Part shown: positions 9,264-20,414 of the stretch, piece after piece
How positions within the stretch are numbered: the stretch's first letter is position 1
How the letters are laid out: the number at the start of each line of letters is the position of its first letter
Assembly (NCBI GenBank): GCA_902572605.1
Contig: CACGGD010000001.1
Location: forward strand, 95,861 to 159,860
DNA: 64,000 nucleotides
Source of the DNA: an uncultured Pelagibacteraceae bacterium
GTDB lineage: Bacteria > Pseudomonadota > Alphaproteobacteria > Pelagibacterales > Pelagibacteraceae
Direction: 5' to 3'
Notes under the pieces: model-generated
The model's database searches: none
What the model saw: the letters and a program-made list of their open reading frames with translations, nothing else
Told to the model about the DNA's origin: nothing
Translations under genes and position numbers: made by a program

Positions 9264-9680
9264 ATGAAAATTATTTTAATTATGGGCCTACCTGGTGCTG
9301 GAAAGACTACTCTCGCCAATGAGTTGACTCCTCTATTAAAAGCTAAGAGAGTAAATGCTGATGAGGTAAGAAAAATTGCTAATGATTGGGATTTTTCAAT
9401 AGAGGGAAGGAATAGACAAGCAAAAAGAATGTCTGAAATGGCATTAAAAATGAAAAAAGAGGGAAATTTTGTTATAGCTGATTTTATTTGCCCTACACCA
9501 GCTACGAGAAAACTGTTTCCTGCAGATTATATTGTTTGGGTAGACACTATTTCAGCTGGAAGATTTGAAGACACTAATCAAATATTTGTAAAGCCAGAAA
9601 AATTTCATTATCATGTCACTTCTCAAGATGCTAAGGTTTGGGCTTCTAAGATAGCTAAAGATTTAAACGATGACCTATAA
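9264..9680 (+). CDS. Small adenylylsulfate-kinase (CysC)-like P-loop kinase
   Basis: GLPGAGKTT Walker A, NADEVR (cf. DGDNVR), DFSIEGRNRQ (cf. FSxEDRxEN), IADFICP (cf. xSFISP), FVKPE. ATG at 9264 preferred over TTG at 9237. Confidence 0.75.
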   Translation: MKIILIMGLPGAGKTTLANELTPLLKAKRVNADEVRKIANDWDFSIEGRNRQAKRMSEMALKMKKEGNFVIADFICPTPATRKLFPADYIVWVDTISAGRFEDTNQIFVKPEKFHYHVTSQDAKVWASKIAKDLNDDL

Positions 9681-10044
9681 ATGGGATAATAAAAAGCCAA
9701 CTGCTCAAATGTTAGGTAGATGGCAACCTTTTCATGACGGCCACTATGCACTTTTTGAAAAAATTTTAGAAAAAACTGGTCAAGTATGCATTCAAATAAG
9801 AGATGTTCAAGGAGTTGATGACAATCCATTTGATTTTGAAACAGTTAAAAAAAAAATTGAGAAAAGATTGAATCCGAAATTTGCTGGAAGATTTAAGGTT
9901 ATACTAGTTCCGAATATTACCAATATATGTTACGGGAGAGGTGTAGGCTACAAAATCGAGGAAATTGTTCTTTCTGAAGAAATTCAAAAAATTTCTGCTA
10001 CAAAAATTAGAGCTAAAATGAGAAAAGAAGGAAAGCTTAGTTGA
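9670..10044 (+). CDS. HxGH-superfamily (cytidyltransferase-like/NadM-like) nucleotidyltransferase
   Basis: GRWQPFHDGH, DNPF, C-terminal ISATKIR; 124 aa. Confidence 0.8.
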   Translation: MTYKWDNKKPTAQMLGRWQPFHDGHYALFEKILEKTGQVCIQIRDVQGVDDNPFDFETVKKKIEKRLNPKFAGRFKVILVPNITNICYGRGVGYKIEEIVLSEEIQKISATKIRAKMRKEGKLS

Positions 10045-10988
10045 GATTAATTTATCACTTAGGATATCCTAGAACAGGAACAACATTACTACAAAAAAAT
10101 ATTTTTAGACACCATCCTGAAATAAATTATTTAGGACCGAAAAGCTATGACTCAAATTATAAGGTCCAAATTGATCAAAAAAAAATAGATGAATTTGAGA
10201 TTTTTTTTCAAAATAATAAAGATCTTAATTATAATGAATTACATAAAAAGATTGATATAAAAAAATTTTCTGATCAAAAAGTAAATATTTTTTCTAGTGA
10301 GAAGTACCTTTACTATAAAAATTATGAAAAATATGATGGACTGATTGTCTTAAAAAATTTTTTAAAGAATCAGTTTCATTTAAATTTTGGAGTTATTTAC
10401 ACAGTAAGAAATCAATATGAATTGATAGAATCAATTTATCACCATAGTTATGGCTACCTAAAGACTTTTTTAAAAAGTAAAAGTATTGAAAATTTAGTTG
10501 ATAAAATTCAAAATCTGAATTTTAGTGAAAATGATAATATTTTTCACTTTTTAAGAGCATATGATTTTAATTATACTTATGAGCATATAAAAAAAAAATT
10601 TACTGATGCTGATATAAAAATTTTAAATTTTAAAGATTTGAACGACAATCCTGACAAATATTATGCAGAGTTATCTAATTTCCTTCATGTAGACTTAAAT
10701 GAATTAAAAAAAAGGGTTCCGAATAAAAGAGAGAATCCAAGTAAAATTGAGGATAATAAAAAAATTTTACAAAGTGAATTTCAGAGGGTTATTAGCGAAA
10801 ATAGATTTTATAAAAAAATAAAGTTTATAATCCCATCATATATAAAAGATAAAATACGTAATTTTTCCTACACAAAAAAAAAAATTAATAAAGAAGATGA
10901 AATAAAAATGAAAAAAATAGTTGAAAAATTCTACTCAAAAAGTAATGAGAACTTTGAAAAAAAAACAGGTATTAAAATTTTTTGGTAG
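10041..10988 (+). CDS. PAPS-dependent sulfotransferase-family protein
   Basis: 5'-PSB motif HLGYPRTGTTLLQ, HPEI, SSE, 3'-PB motif RNQYELIESIY, FKDL...P...LSNFL. TTG start overlaps the upstream stop. Confidence 0.8.
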   Translation: MRLIYHLGYPRTGTTLLQKNIFRHHPEINYLGPKSYDSNYKVQIDQKKIDEFEIFFQNNKDLNYNELHKKIDIKKFSDQKVNIFSSEKYLYYKNYEKYDGLIVLKNFLKNQFHLNFGVIYTVRNQYELIESIYHHSYGYLKTFLKSKSIENLVDKIQNLNFSENDNIFHFLRAYDFNYTYEHIKKKFTDADIKILNFKDLNDNPDKYYAELSNFLHVDLNELKKRVPNKRENPSKIEDNKKILQSEFQRVISENRFYKKIKFIIPSYIKDKIRNFSYTKKKINKEDEIKMKKIVEKFYSKSNENFEKKTGIKIFW

Positions 10989-10989
10989 A

Positions 10990-12861
10990 TTATTTCTCTA
11001 AGAAACTCTTAAGTTGTTTTGATCTACTTGGATGTTTTAATTTTCTAAGTGCTTTTGCTTCAATTTGTCTTATTCTTTCTCGTGTAACAGAAAACTGTAG
11101 CCCAACTTCCTCCAAGGTATGATCTGTGTTCATTCCTATACCAAATCTCATTCTAAGTACTCTTTCTTCTCTTGGTGTTAAAGATGCTAAAATTTTTGTT
11201 GTTGACTCACTTAAATTAGATTGAATGGCAGTGTCTAAAGGTTGTAATGCATTTTTGTCTTCAATAAAATCTCCTAAACTACTGTCTTCCTCATCTCCTA
11301 CTGGGGTTTCAAGTGATACTGGCTCTTTAGCAATTTTTAATACTTTCCTAACTTTTTCTAGAGGCATAGCTAATTTTTTAGCTAGCTCTTCTGGTGTAGG
11401 TTCTCTTCCAAACTCACTCATAATTTGTCTTTGAGTTCTTACTATCTTATTAATTGTTTCAATCATATGAACTGGGATTCTAATCGTTCTTGCTTGATCT
11501 GCAATTGATCTTGTAATGGCTTGTCTTATCCACCAAGTGGCATAGGTAGAAAATTTGTATCCTCTTCGATATTCAAATTTGTCAACAGCTTTCATCAAGC
11601 CAATATTTCCTTCTTGGATAAGATCTAGAAATTGAAGTCCTCTATTAGTATATTTTTTAGCAATAGAAATTACTAATCTAAGGTTAGCTTCAACCATTTC
11701 TTTTTTAGCTATTCTAGATTCTCTTTCACCTTTTTGAATTCTGCTTACTAACTTTTTAAATTCTCCAACGGACAATCCTATTTTTTTACTAAAATCTACT
11801 AATCTTTCTCTTATTTCTGAAAAATCTTTTTTAAATTTCTTGAAAAAATTTTTCCATGTTTGATTTTCTTTTAAGAAAGCCTCAAACTTAGGGTTAATTT
11901 CATTGCCTATATAATATTTTAAAAATTCTTCTCTAGAAATTTTGTTATCCATAGCCAACCTTAATAATATTCCTTCTAAAGAAACTATCTTTTTATTTTC
12001 TTTGTAATGTAACTGAACTAATTCTTCCACGACATGTGGAGCTAGCTGAAGATTCTTAAAATTATCAACTAATAATGCTTGGATCTTTTTAAAGTTCTTA
12101 TTTTTAGATATTGAGAGCTCTTTAGAGTCTAATAAGCAATATAATTTTTCCTTTTGATATTTTTGAAGTTTTAAATAGTTTTTATTTAAAGAGTCTAAAA
12201 TATTTATTATCCTAGGCTTAATTTCCTCTTCCATCTTCGCTAAGGAGACATTAAATTCATCATCTTCCGTTGTTGACTCTTCATCTCTTTTTTCATCTTC
12301 TTTTCTATCTTCATCTTTTTTTTCTTCCTTTTTATCTAATTTCTTTTTAGTTTTTAATTCTTCATTCTCTTCTGAAGATTCGAAGTCTTCGTACGTTGAA
12401 TCTATATCAATTATATCTCTGACTAAAAGTTGTTGATTTTCAATTTGTTCTTTCCATTCAAATATTTTTTTTCCAACTAGTGGGCTCTGCGTTAGGGCAT
12501 TTATCATAACATCTTTCCCTGCCTCGATTCTCTTCGCTATAGCAATCTCTCCTTCTCTGGATAAGAGTTCAACTCCACCCATCTCTCTAAGATACATACG
12601 AATTGGATCATCGCTTTTATCTGAGGATTTTTCTTCAGTTGTACCAGTAGTTTCTTTCTTTTTATTTGATTGAAATTGAGATTTTTTTTCTACTAATGTT
12701 ATTTTTTCATCAACAATAATAATAAAAGCTTTTTCGATATTTTCTATTGTTCCGTTTCTTTTACCTAGAGATTTTCCAAGTTCTTCATAGGTAATAAAAC
12801 CCCTGTGTTTTCCTTTATCTAAAAGTCTCTCAAATGATTTTGTAATTATTTTTTCAGCCAT
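10990..12861 (-). CDS. rpoD: RNA polymerase primary sigma factor
   Basis: Region 1.1, [59 protein letters not shown]. Confidence 0.99.
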   Translation of the reverse strand: MAEKIITKSFERLLDKGKHRGFITYEELGKSLGKRNGTIENIEKAFIIIVDEKITLVEKKSQFQSNKKKETTGTTEEKSSDKSDDPIRMYLREMGGVELLSREGEIAIAKRIEAGKDVMINALTQSPLVGKKIFEWKEQIENQQLLVRDIIDIDSTYEDFESSEENEELKTKKKLDKKEEKKDEDRKEDEKRDEESTTEDDEFNVSLAKMEEEIKPRIINILDSLNKNYLKLQKYQKEKLYCLLDSKELSISKNKNFKKIQALLVDNFKNLQLAPHVVEELVQLHYKENKKIVSLEGILLRLAMDNKISREEFLKYYIGNEINPKFEAFLKENQTWKNFFKKFKKDFSEIRERLVDFSKKIGLSVGEFKKLVSRIQKGERESRIAKKEMVEANLRLVISIAKKYTNRGLQFLDLIQEGNIGLMKAVDKFEYRRGYKFSTYATWWIRQAITRSIADQARTIRIPVHMIETINKIVRTQRQIMSEFGREPTPEELAKKLAMPLEKVRKVLKIAKEPVSLETPVGDEEDSSLGDFIEDKNALQPLDTAIQSNLSESTTKILASLTPREERVLRMRFGIGMNTDHTLEEVGLQFSVTRERIRQIEAKALRKLKHPSRSKQLKSFLEK

Positions 12862-12923
12862 TAAAATTTTTGTTAGAGTAGTGGGATATATATAAGCACT
12901 ACATTAAAAAAATCTATCTTTTT

Positions 12924-14715
12924 TTATTCCCCATTTATTTGGCTTTTAAGCTTTATTAGCTCGGAGTAGGAGTTTTCATCTAAGTTATTGATCAATTTTT
13001 TTTCAAGAGATTCTATTTTTTTAAGATTATTAAGCTCCTTTAATTCTGCTATCAATTCGTTCAGTAATTCTAATATAGCTTCTTCATCCTTTTTCTTTAG
13101 AATTATTTGAATACTAGAATTTTCCTGAATCTCATCAATAAGTTTTTTGTAATCAACGCTAATTTTTGACTTAATGGTGTCCTGGTCATTACCCTTTAAT
13201 AACGAGGCAATTATTAATTTTTTTAAGCTTTCATTTTTATCCGATAAAAAGGTTATTTCAGATAATTCTTCAATTTTTTTTGATACTATATCAAAATAAT
13301 TGAGCATTATAAATAATACAGAAAATTCTTTTATTTGAATTTTTGAAAAATGACTCTTTTTTTTGTGTAAAGTTTTTGTTTCATTCAATAATTGATAATC
13401 TTGATTTTTATTATACTTGTTAAAAGGACGATATGATTGTCTTGCATTTTGAATTGGAGTTAGTTTTTTAATCTTGTCTAAAAAATCTTCCAAAACGTAT
13501 TTTCTAACTACTTCATCTTTAATTAAATAACATAATTTTTTTATTTGTTTTTCAAATTTAGATACTTCAAAAGGATTTGTTAGATCTATTTTATCAAGGT
13601 GGTAATCCCATATATATGTTTGAATTATTTTTTTTTCTTTTAAAAAAGATAAAAATTTTTCCTTTACCGCTTCCTTTTATAAAATCATCTGGATCACTGC
13701 CATCAGGCATAACAGAAAAAAAGATTTTATTCTCCTCGTTAATTAATGGAAAAAGTTTTTCAGCAATTCTTGAAGCAGCATTTTGACCACTCTGATCACC
13801 ATCTAAACATATGATTGGATTTGAAAAAAATTTCCAAATCAAATTTATTTGTCGATCCGTTAGAGCTGTTCCCGAATTTGCAATAACATTTTTAATTCCT
13901 GATGAATAAACACTAACTACATCCATATAACCTTCAACAATAATTACTTCGTTAGTTTCGGCTCGGCATGCTTTAGCTTTGTCTAAGTTAAATATCATGC
14001 CACCTTTTTTATAAAATTCAGTTTCTGGTGAATTAATATATTTTGCTAGTTTACTTTCTTTTATTATTCTCCCTCCAAAAGCAATGGTATCTCCAGATAT
14101 GTTGTTTACTGGAAAAATTATTCTTGAATTAAATCTATCAATATATTTTCCACTTTTATCGTGCTTATAGTATAAACCTGTTAAGTTAATATCTTCTTCT
14201 GAATATTTCTTTAAAAGATCTTCATAAAAATTATTTTTCCATGGAACGTAACCTAATTTAAATTCTTCAATTATGTTTTTTGTTAAACTTCTTTTGTTTA
14301 AATAGTTTAATACTTCTTTATTATTTGAGCTAAATAATTCTTTAGAAAAATAATCTGAATATTCTTTATAAATATTTTTATAAGTTTGGAATCTTAATTC
14401 TTTTTTTTTATCAAAATTTGAAAATCTATAAGGTTGCATCCCAGCCTCTGCTGCTAAAATTTTTACAGCTTCACCAAAGCCAATAGATTTAGTTTTCATT
14501 AAAAAATCAAAAATGTTTCCATGTTCACCGCTACTAAAACAATGATAAAATTCTTTTTCATCATTTACGGTAAAGGATGGACTTTTTTCATTTTTAAAAG
14601 GAGAAAGTCCTATAAATTCCTTTCCTCTTTTTTTAAGTTGTACGGATTTGCTTACAACTTGTGATACTTTTAATCTTAATTTTATTTCATCAAGATATTC
14701 TTTTGGATATTTCAT
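12924..14715 (-). CDS. dnaG: DNA primase, split by a +1 frameshift near 13660-13665
   Basis: Zn-finger-like N-terminus (SPFKNEKSPSF...YHCFSSG), KYINSPET, TOPRIM EGYMDV, DGDQSG, DPDD. The second frame is open from about 13660 (KEKFLSFLKEKKIIQTYIWDYHL...) to the stop at 12924. Span is 3n+1. Confidence 0.93.
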
Positions 14716-15171
14716 TTAATTTAAAAGTCCTTTTATTATTCTGCTTACTTTTGAAAAATCTAATCTATCAGCATGTTTGGATTTTAGTTCTGCCATAACT
14801 TTACCCATATCTTTCATTGATGAGGCTCCAACAGACTTGATTGCTTCTTCACAAATTTTTTTTGTTTCTTGTTCATTTAGCTGTTTAGGTAAAAAGGTAT
14901 TAATAACATTTATTTCCTTTGTCTCATTTTCCAAAAGTTCTGTTCGTCCAGCTTTTTTGTAAACTTCACAGGACTCGTTTCTTTGTTTTATCATTTTTTT
15001 CAAAATCCCAGTTATATCTGGGTCTTTAATCTCCTTTTGACCTTTAGATCGACTCGCTATTTCAGCATCTTTTATTGCTGAGACTATAAGTCTTAATGTT
15101 GGATAGATATTTTTATCTTTGGCCTTTAAGGCTTCGTTTAGCTTGTCTTCTATTTGTTTTTTAAGAGACAT
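14716..15171 (-). CDS. GatB/YqeY domain protein
   Basis: LKAKDK...TLRLI, KQRNES...YKKAGR, FLPKQL, SMKDMGKVM; usual position upstream of dnaG. Confidence 0.92.
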   Translation of the reverse strand: MSLKKQIEDKLNEALKAKDKNIYPTLRLIVSAIKDAEIASRSKGQKEIKDPDITGILKKMIKQRNESCEVYKKAGRTELLENETKEINVINTFLPKQLNEQETKKICEEAIKSVGASSMKDMGKVMAELKSKHADRLDFSKVSRIIKGLLN

Positions 15172-15225
15172 AAATTTAAAAATTTATTTTAATCACAATT
15201 CCTATCTAAAATAAAAAGAACTTTC

Positions 15226-15254
15226 TTGACGATTATATTTCTATTTCATATGTT
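15226..15254 (+). promoter_or_regulatory. Putative sigma70 promoter for carAB
   Basis: TTGACG-N17-TATGTT in the yqeY/carA divergent spacer. Confidence 0.5.
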
Positions 15255-15296
15255 TCGCAAAATTATGTTTATAAGTTTTTTACTTTAACTTATGAG

Positions 15297-16505
15297 TTGT
15301 ATTTGAAGCAATTTGGTCAAAATATAAACTCTTATAAAAATCTTAAAAAGATCGATTCCAACGCTATTTTAATTCTTCAAAATGGTAAGTTTTTTAAAGG
15401 TATAGGTTTAGGTTATCAAGGCACAGCAACAGGAGAGGTTTGCTTCAACACATCTATAACAGGATATCAAGAAATTATTTCTGATCCATCTTATGCAGAA
15501 CAAATTATTAATTTTACTTTTCCTCACATTGGAAATGTTGGATCAAACAAGGAAGATCATGAGTCTGATAAAATTTGGACTAAAGGTGTGATAATTAATA
15601 CTGAAATTACTGACCCATCTAATTACAGATCTTTAAAACATTTAGATCAATGGCTTAAACATAATAGAATAGTAGGTATTACAGGAATTGATACAAGGAA
15701 TTTAACAAATTTTATTAGAGATAAAGGAGCGCCTAAAGGGACTATATCTTTTTTAAAAAATAGTAAATTTAATATTAAAAAACTTCTTAACACTACTCAA
15801 AAGTGGAGCGGTTTAAAAAATTTAGATTTAGCAAAACAAGTTACAACCAAAAAAAATTATATATGGAATGACCTTAAAACTTGGAAAAAAGGAGAAGGTT
15901 TTTTAAAAAATAAAAAAAGGTCCTTGCATGTTGTTGCCATCGATTATGGAATTAAAAAAAATATTTTGAGATATTTTTCTGACTTTAATTGTAAAATTAC
16001 AATAGTTTCCTGTAAAACAAGTGCAAGTGATATTTTGAAATTAAAACCTAATGGCGTCTTTTTATCAAACGGTCCTGGCGATCCAGCGGCAACTGGAAAA
16101 TACGCTATTCCAATTATATTAGAATTAATCAAAAATAATCTACCAGTGTTTGGAATTTGTTTAGGACATCAATTACTGGGGTTAGCTTTGGGAGCAAAAA
16201 CTCAAAAAATGAATTTGGGTCATAGAGGAGCTAATCATCCTGTTAAAAATTTGATCAAAGGCAATGTAGAAATAACGAGTCAAAACCATGGTTTTGAAAT
16301 AGTTAAAAAAAACTTACCAAGAAATATTCAGGTAACTCATCAATCTCTTTTTGATAATAGTATAGAAGGAATTAAGCTTAAATCTAAACCAGTTTTTTCT
16401 GTTCAATATCATCCGGAGTCCAATCCTGGTCCACAGGATAGTGTGTATTTATTTCAGGAATTTATAAAAAGTATGAAAAAAAATGCCAAAAAGAAAAGAC
16501 ATTAA
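15297..16505 (+). CDS. carA: Carbamoyl-phosphate synthase small subunit (start uncertain)
   Basis: [50 protein letters not shown]. Confidence 0.97.
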   Translation: MYLKQFGQNINSYKNLKKIDSNAILILQNGKFFKGIGLGYQGTATGEVCFNTSITGYQEIISDPSYAEQIINFTFPHIGNVGSNKEDHESDKIWTKGVIINTEITDPSNYRSLKHLDQWLKHNRIVGITGIDTRNLTNFIRDKGAPKGTISFLKNSKFNIKKLLNTTQKWSGLKNLDLAKQVTTKKNYIWNDLKTWKKGEGFLKNKKRSLHVVAIDYGIKKNILRYFSDFNCKITIVSCKTSASDILKLKPNGVFLSNGPGDPAATGKYAIPIILELIKNNLPVFGICLGHQLLGLALGAKTQKMNLGHRGANHPVKNLIKGNVEITSQNHGFEIVKKNLPRNIQVTHQSLFDNSIEGIKLKSKPVFSVQYHPESNPGPQDSVYLFQEFIKSMKKNAKKKRH

Positions 16506-19500
16506 AAAAATTTTAGTTGTTGGAGCGGGTCCAATTATTATTGGCCAAGCCTGTGAATTTGATTATTCAGGTACACAAGCTTGTAAAGCTCTAAAAGATG
16601 AAGGATATAAAGTAATTTTAATTAATTCCAATCCAGCTACAATAATGACAGATCCTAATGTTGCAGACAAAACTTATATTGAACCTATAACTTTAAATAT
16701 TTTAGAAAAAATCTTAATCAAAGAGAAACCTGATGCAATCCTTCCAACCATGGGGGGTCAAACTGCTTTAAATTTAGCGATGGAAGCAGAAAGAAAAGGA
16801 ATTTTAAGAAAATATAAAATTGAACTTATTGGAGCTAACTCGAAGGCAATTTCAAATGCAGAAGACAGAAAAAAGTTTAGAAAAAATATGATTGAAATAG
16901 GTTTAGATTTACCAAAATCAAAGATAGTTAATAGTTATAACCAATCATCTCAAGCTTTAAAAAAAATCGGACTTCCCGCAATTATAAGACCTGCATTTAC
17001 TCTTGGAGGTCTTGGGGGAGGGATTGCTAAGAATAAGAAAGAATTTTTTAAAATAATTAAAAACGGACTCCAGGAATCTCCAGTAAGCCAAGTGCTAGTT
17101 GAAGAGTGTTTAGAAGGTTGGAAAGAATTTGAAATGGAAGTAGTTAGAGACAAAAATGATAACTGTATAATTATATGTTCCATAGAGAACGTCGACCCTA
17201 TGGGAATTCATACTGGAGATTCTGTAACAATTGCACCAGCTTTAACTTTAACAGATAAAGAGTATCAAGTAATGAGGAATGCTTCCATTGCTTGCTTAAG
17301 AAAAATTGGAGTTGAAACTGGGGGCTCAAACGTACAGTTCGCAATAAACCCCAAAAATGGAAGGATGGTCATCATTGAAATGAATCCAAGAGTTTCTAGA
17401 TCTTCAGCTTTAGCTTCAAAAGCAACTGGCTTTCCAATAGCAAAGGTCGCAGCAAAATTGGCGGTGGGTTATACTTTGGATGAATTAAAAAATGAAATAA
17501 CTAAAGTAACTCCTGCTTCTTTTGAGCCAACTATTGATTATGTAGTAACTAAAATACCGAGATTTACTTTTGAAAAATTCTCAACCTCTTTTGCGGTGTT
17601 AGGAACATCTATGAAATCTGTTGGAGAAGCTATGGCTATAGGTAGAAATTTTAAAGAGTCTTTACAAAAAGCCTTGACGTCCCTTGAAACTGGTTTCACT
17701 GGATTAGATGAAATTTTTAATCTCAAAATTAAACAGATTGAAAAAAAACTTAAAGAAAATATTCCAAATAAAATTTTGTTAGTTGGTGAAGCCTTTAGAA
17801 AAAAAATGAATATAAAAAAAATATATAAACTATCAAAAATTGACCCTTGGTTTTTGAGTCAAATAAAAGAAATTATTGATTGCGAAAATACAATTAAAAA
17901 AAATGGTCTACCAAAGAGTTTTAACGAATTGAATTATATTAAATCAATTGGATTTTCTGATAAAAGATTATCAAAGTTAACAAATATATCTGAAAATAAT
18001 ATAAGAAGAAGAAGATCTGCCTTAAAAGTTTTCCCAGTTTACAAAAAAGTAGATACTTGCGCCTCAGAATTTAAATCTTTTACTCCTTATATGTATTCAT
18101 CTTATCAAAGAACCTTTTCTGTAAATTCAGAATGTGAGGCAAATCCATCTAACAAAAAAAAGATCATAATCCTGGGTGGAGGTCCAAATAGAATTGGTCA
18201 AGGAATTGAATTTGATTATTGTTGTTGTCAAGCAAGTTTTGCCCTTAGAGCATTAAAATATGAGACTATTATGGTAAATTGTAACCCCGAAACAGTTTCA
18301 ACTGATTACGATACGAGCGACCGTCTTTATTTTGAACCATTAACAGAAGAATTTGTATTTAACATAATTAGAAAAGAAAAATCTAAAGGTAATTTATTAG
18401 GAATAATTGCTCAATTTGGAGGTCAAACACCTATCAAACTTGCTAAATTTTTGCACGAAAATAAACTTCCTATTTTGGGAACTCAATATTCATCAATCGA
18501 TCTTGCTGAGGATAGAGACAGATTTAGGAAGCTGTTAAATAGATTAAAATTAAAACAAGCGGATAGTGGAATTGCAAAAACTTTTCCTCAAGCTTTAAAA
18601 ATAGCAGAAAAAATTGGATTACCGCTAATGGTTAGACCTTCGTATGTTTTAGGAGGTAGAGCTATGGAAATTGTTTATGAAAAAAAACAATTAAAAAATT
18701 TCGTTCAAGAAGCATTTAAAGTAGCAGAAAAAAATCCAATTTTAATAGATAAATTTATAGACAATGCAATGGAAGTAGATGTAGATGCAATATGTGATGG
18801 TAAACAAGTTTTTGTAGCAGGTATAATGCAACATATAGAAGAAGCAGGAATTCACTCGGGAGACTCTGCCTGTAGCTTGCCTCCTGTATCTATCAAACCT
18901 TTTTTAATAAAAGAAATTGAAAAACAAACTAAAAAACTTGCTTTAGCTTTGAAAGTTAAAGGTTTTATGAATGTTCAATTTGCAATTAAACAAGATGAAA
19001 TTTATGTTATTGAGGTTAACCCAAGAGCAAGCAGAACTGTTCCATTTGTCTCAAAAGCTAAAGATCTGCCTTTAGCTAAAATTGCATCAAGAATTATGGT
19101 TGGAGAAAAATTATCTAATATCAATTTAAGAAGTAAAACTAAAAAAATGTATGCTGTTAAAGAAGCAGTGTTCCCATTCAATAAATTTCCAAACAGCGAT
19201 CTTTTGCTCGGACCTGAAATGAAATCTACTGGTGAAGTTATGGGTTTTGATAAAAACTTTGGTATGGCATTTGCTAAAAGTCAAATAGCAGCTTCTAACT
19301 CTCTTCCAACAAAAGGATTGGCATTTATATCTCTAAAAAATAGTCATAAAAAAGAAGGTGTAGAATTGGCCAAAAAGTTAATAAAATTAAATTTTATTCT
19401 TTGTGGAACTGGAGGAACCGCTGAATATTTTAATCAAAATGGAGTTAAATGTAAAAAAATAAATAAAGTAAATCAGGGATCTCCTCATATAGTAGATATA

Positions 19501-19707
19501 CTTAATGCAAAAAAAATTGCCTTAGTAATAAATACTGGAGGCGGAAATAGTGAAAAACAATTTAGTGATGCTCTGGCTCTGCGAAGAGCGACGTTAGTGA
19601 ATAAAGTTCCCTATTGTACTAATATGTCAACTGCTTATGTCTGTTTGGAGGGTATAAAGTCTCTTAAATCAAAGAAAATGACGGTAAGTTCTCTACAAGA
19701 TATTTAG
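16483..19707 (+). CDS. carB: Carbamoyl-phosphate synthase large subunit
   Basis: [30 protein letters not shown], duplicated ATP-grasp domains, C-terminal MGS-like domain. Confidence 0.99.
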   Translation: MPKRKDIKKILVVGAGPIIIGQACEFDYSGTQACKALKDEGYKVILINSNPATIMTDPNVADKTYIEPITLNILEKILIKEKPDAILPTMGGQTALNLAMEAERKGILRKYKIELIGANSKAISNAEDRKKFRKNMIEIGLDLPKSKIVNSYNQSSQALKKIGLPAIIRPAFTLGGLGGGIAKNKKEFFKIIKNGLQESPVSQVLVEECLEGWKEFEMEVVRDKNDNCIIICSIENVDPMGIHTGDSVTIAPALTLTDKEYQVMRNASIACLRKIGVETGGSNVQFAINPKNGRMVIIEMNPRVSRSSALASKATGFPIAKVAAKLAVGYTLDELKNEITKVTPASFEPTIDYVVTKIPRFTFEKFSTSFAVLGTSMKSVGEAMAIGRNFKESLQKALTSLETGFTGLDEIFNLKIKQIEKKLKENIPNKILLVGEAFRKKMNIKKIYKLSKIDPWFLSQIKEIIDCENTIKKNGLPKSFNELNYIKSIGFSDKRLSKLTNISENNIRRRRSALKVFPVYKKVDTCASEFKSFTPYMYSSYQRTFSVNSECEANPSNKKKIIILGGGPNRIGQGIEFDYCCCQASFALRALKYETIMVNCNPETVSTDYDTSDRLYFEPLTEEFVFNIIRKEKSKGNLLGIIAQFGGQTPIKLAKFLHENKLPILGTQYSSIDLAEDRDRFRKLLNRLKLKQADSGIAKTFPQALKIAEKIGLPLMVRPSYVLGGRAMEIVYEKKQLKNFVQEAFKVAEKNPILIDKFIDNAMEVDVDAICDGKQVFVAGIMQHIEEAGIHSGDSACSLPPVSIKPFLIKEIEKQTKKLALALKVKGFMNVQFAIKQDEIYVIEVNPRASRTVPFVSKAKDLPLAKIASRIMVGEKLSNINLRSKTKKMYAVKEAVFPFNKFPNSDLLLGPEMKSTGEVMGFDKNFGMAFAKSQIAASNSLPTKGLAFISLKNSHKKEGVELAKKLIKLNFILCGTGGTAEYFNQNGVKCKKINKVNQGSPHIVDILNAKKIALVINTGGGNSEKQFSDALALRRATLVNKVPYCTNMSTAYVCLEGIKSLKSKKMTVSSLQDI

Positions 19708-19751
19708 TAAAAATGATTAAAACTTCTTACTGTTATCCTTAATTAGTTAGA

Positions 19752-20414
19752 TTATTTTACTTTCCAGTCTGTAGGAAAAGTTACGTAGTTAATTTGAATA
19801 CATCTTCGTTCTTTTTTAATCTCTTTTTTTTCCATGCCATGCCAAGAATCTGGTCCACTTGTGAAGAAGTATCCATAATTATGCTTATAAGGAACTGTTT
19901 TAATTTTTGTAAGTTTTTTATCATAAAAGTCTGTGCCTAAATTTTCAGATTCTTTATGAAGATTAATAAAAACTATTGATGACATAAGCTTTTCTTTAAT
20001 ATCACAATGAGGTTTAAGCCAAAACCCTTCTCTATCACAAATCACTTCTAGTCTTACATAGGAATTACTTAGATCTTTTCCTATAAGACCACCTATCTTT
20101 TTATAAACCTCAGGAGACCTTAATTCATCGATAAAGTTTGTAAGATGAGGAAATTTATTTGAATTTTCTTTAGTAACATAACATCTTAATTTTTTTGCTT
20201 TGCCTCCATCCTTTATGCCTGAACGGAAAGCACCGTCTCCACCGTCTAATGCTCTAGTACCATCATAATTTAAGTTTTCTTTTTTTGGATCTGCAATATC
20301 AGCATTGCTGATTTCTTTAATTGCCTCGTCAGTTAAAGGTTGGTTAATCTCAAAATGTTTAAAAGGATCATTAAAAGATTTTGTTCTACTTTCTAGTGAT
20401 TTAAATAATTCCAT
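19752..20414 (-). CDS. 2OG-Fe(II) oxygenase-like protein
   Basis: PFKHF, WLKPHCD (HxD), LGTDFYD, SWHGM, RRCIQINYV. Confidence 0.75.
   Translation of the reverse strand: MELFKSLESRTKSFNDPFKHFEINQPLTDEAIKEISNADIADPKKENLNYDGTRALDGGDGAFRSGIKDGGKAKKLRCYVTKENSNKFPHLTNFIDELRSPEVYKKIGGLIGKDLSNSYVRLEVICDREGFWLKPHCDIKEKLMSSIVFINLHKESENLGTDFYDKKLTKIKTVPYKHNYGYFFTSGPDSWHGMEKKEIKKERRCIQINYVTFPTDWKVK

Noticed and set aside
9073-10990. tRNA-anchored genomic island or prophage carrying the sulfation genes
   Set aside because: The genes lie on the 5' side of the minus-strand tRNA, and I see no integrase or duplicated tRNA 3' end.
12924-13493. Separate 189-aa hypothetical gene
   Set aside because: It is the C-terminal part of frameshifted dnaG; the frame is open upstream to the shift site.
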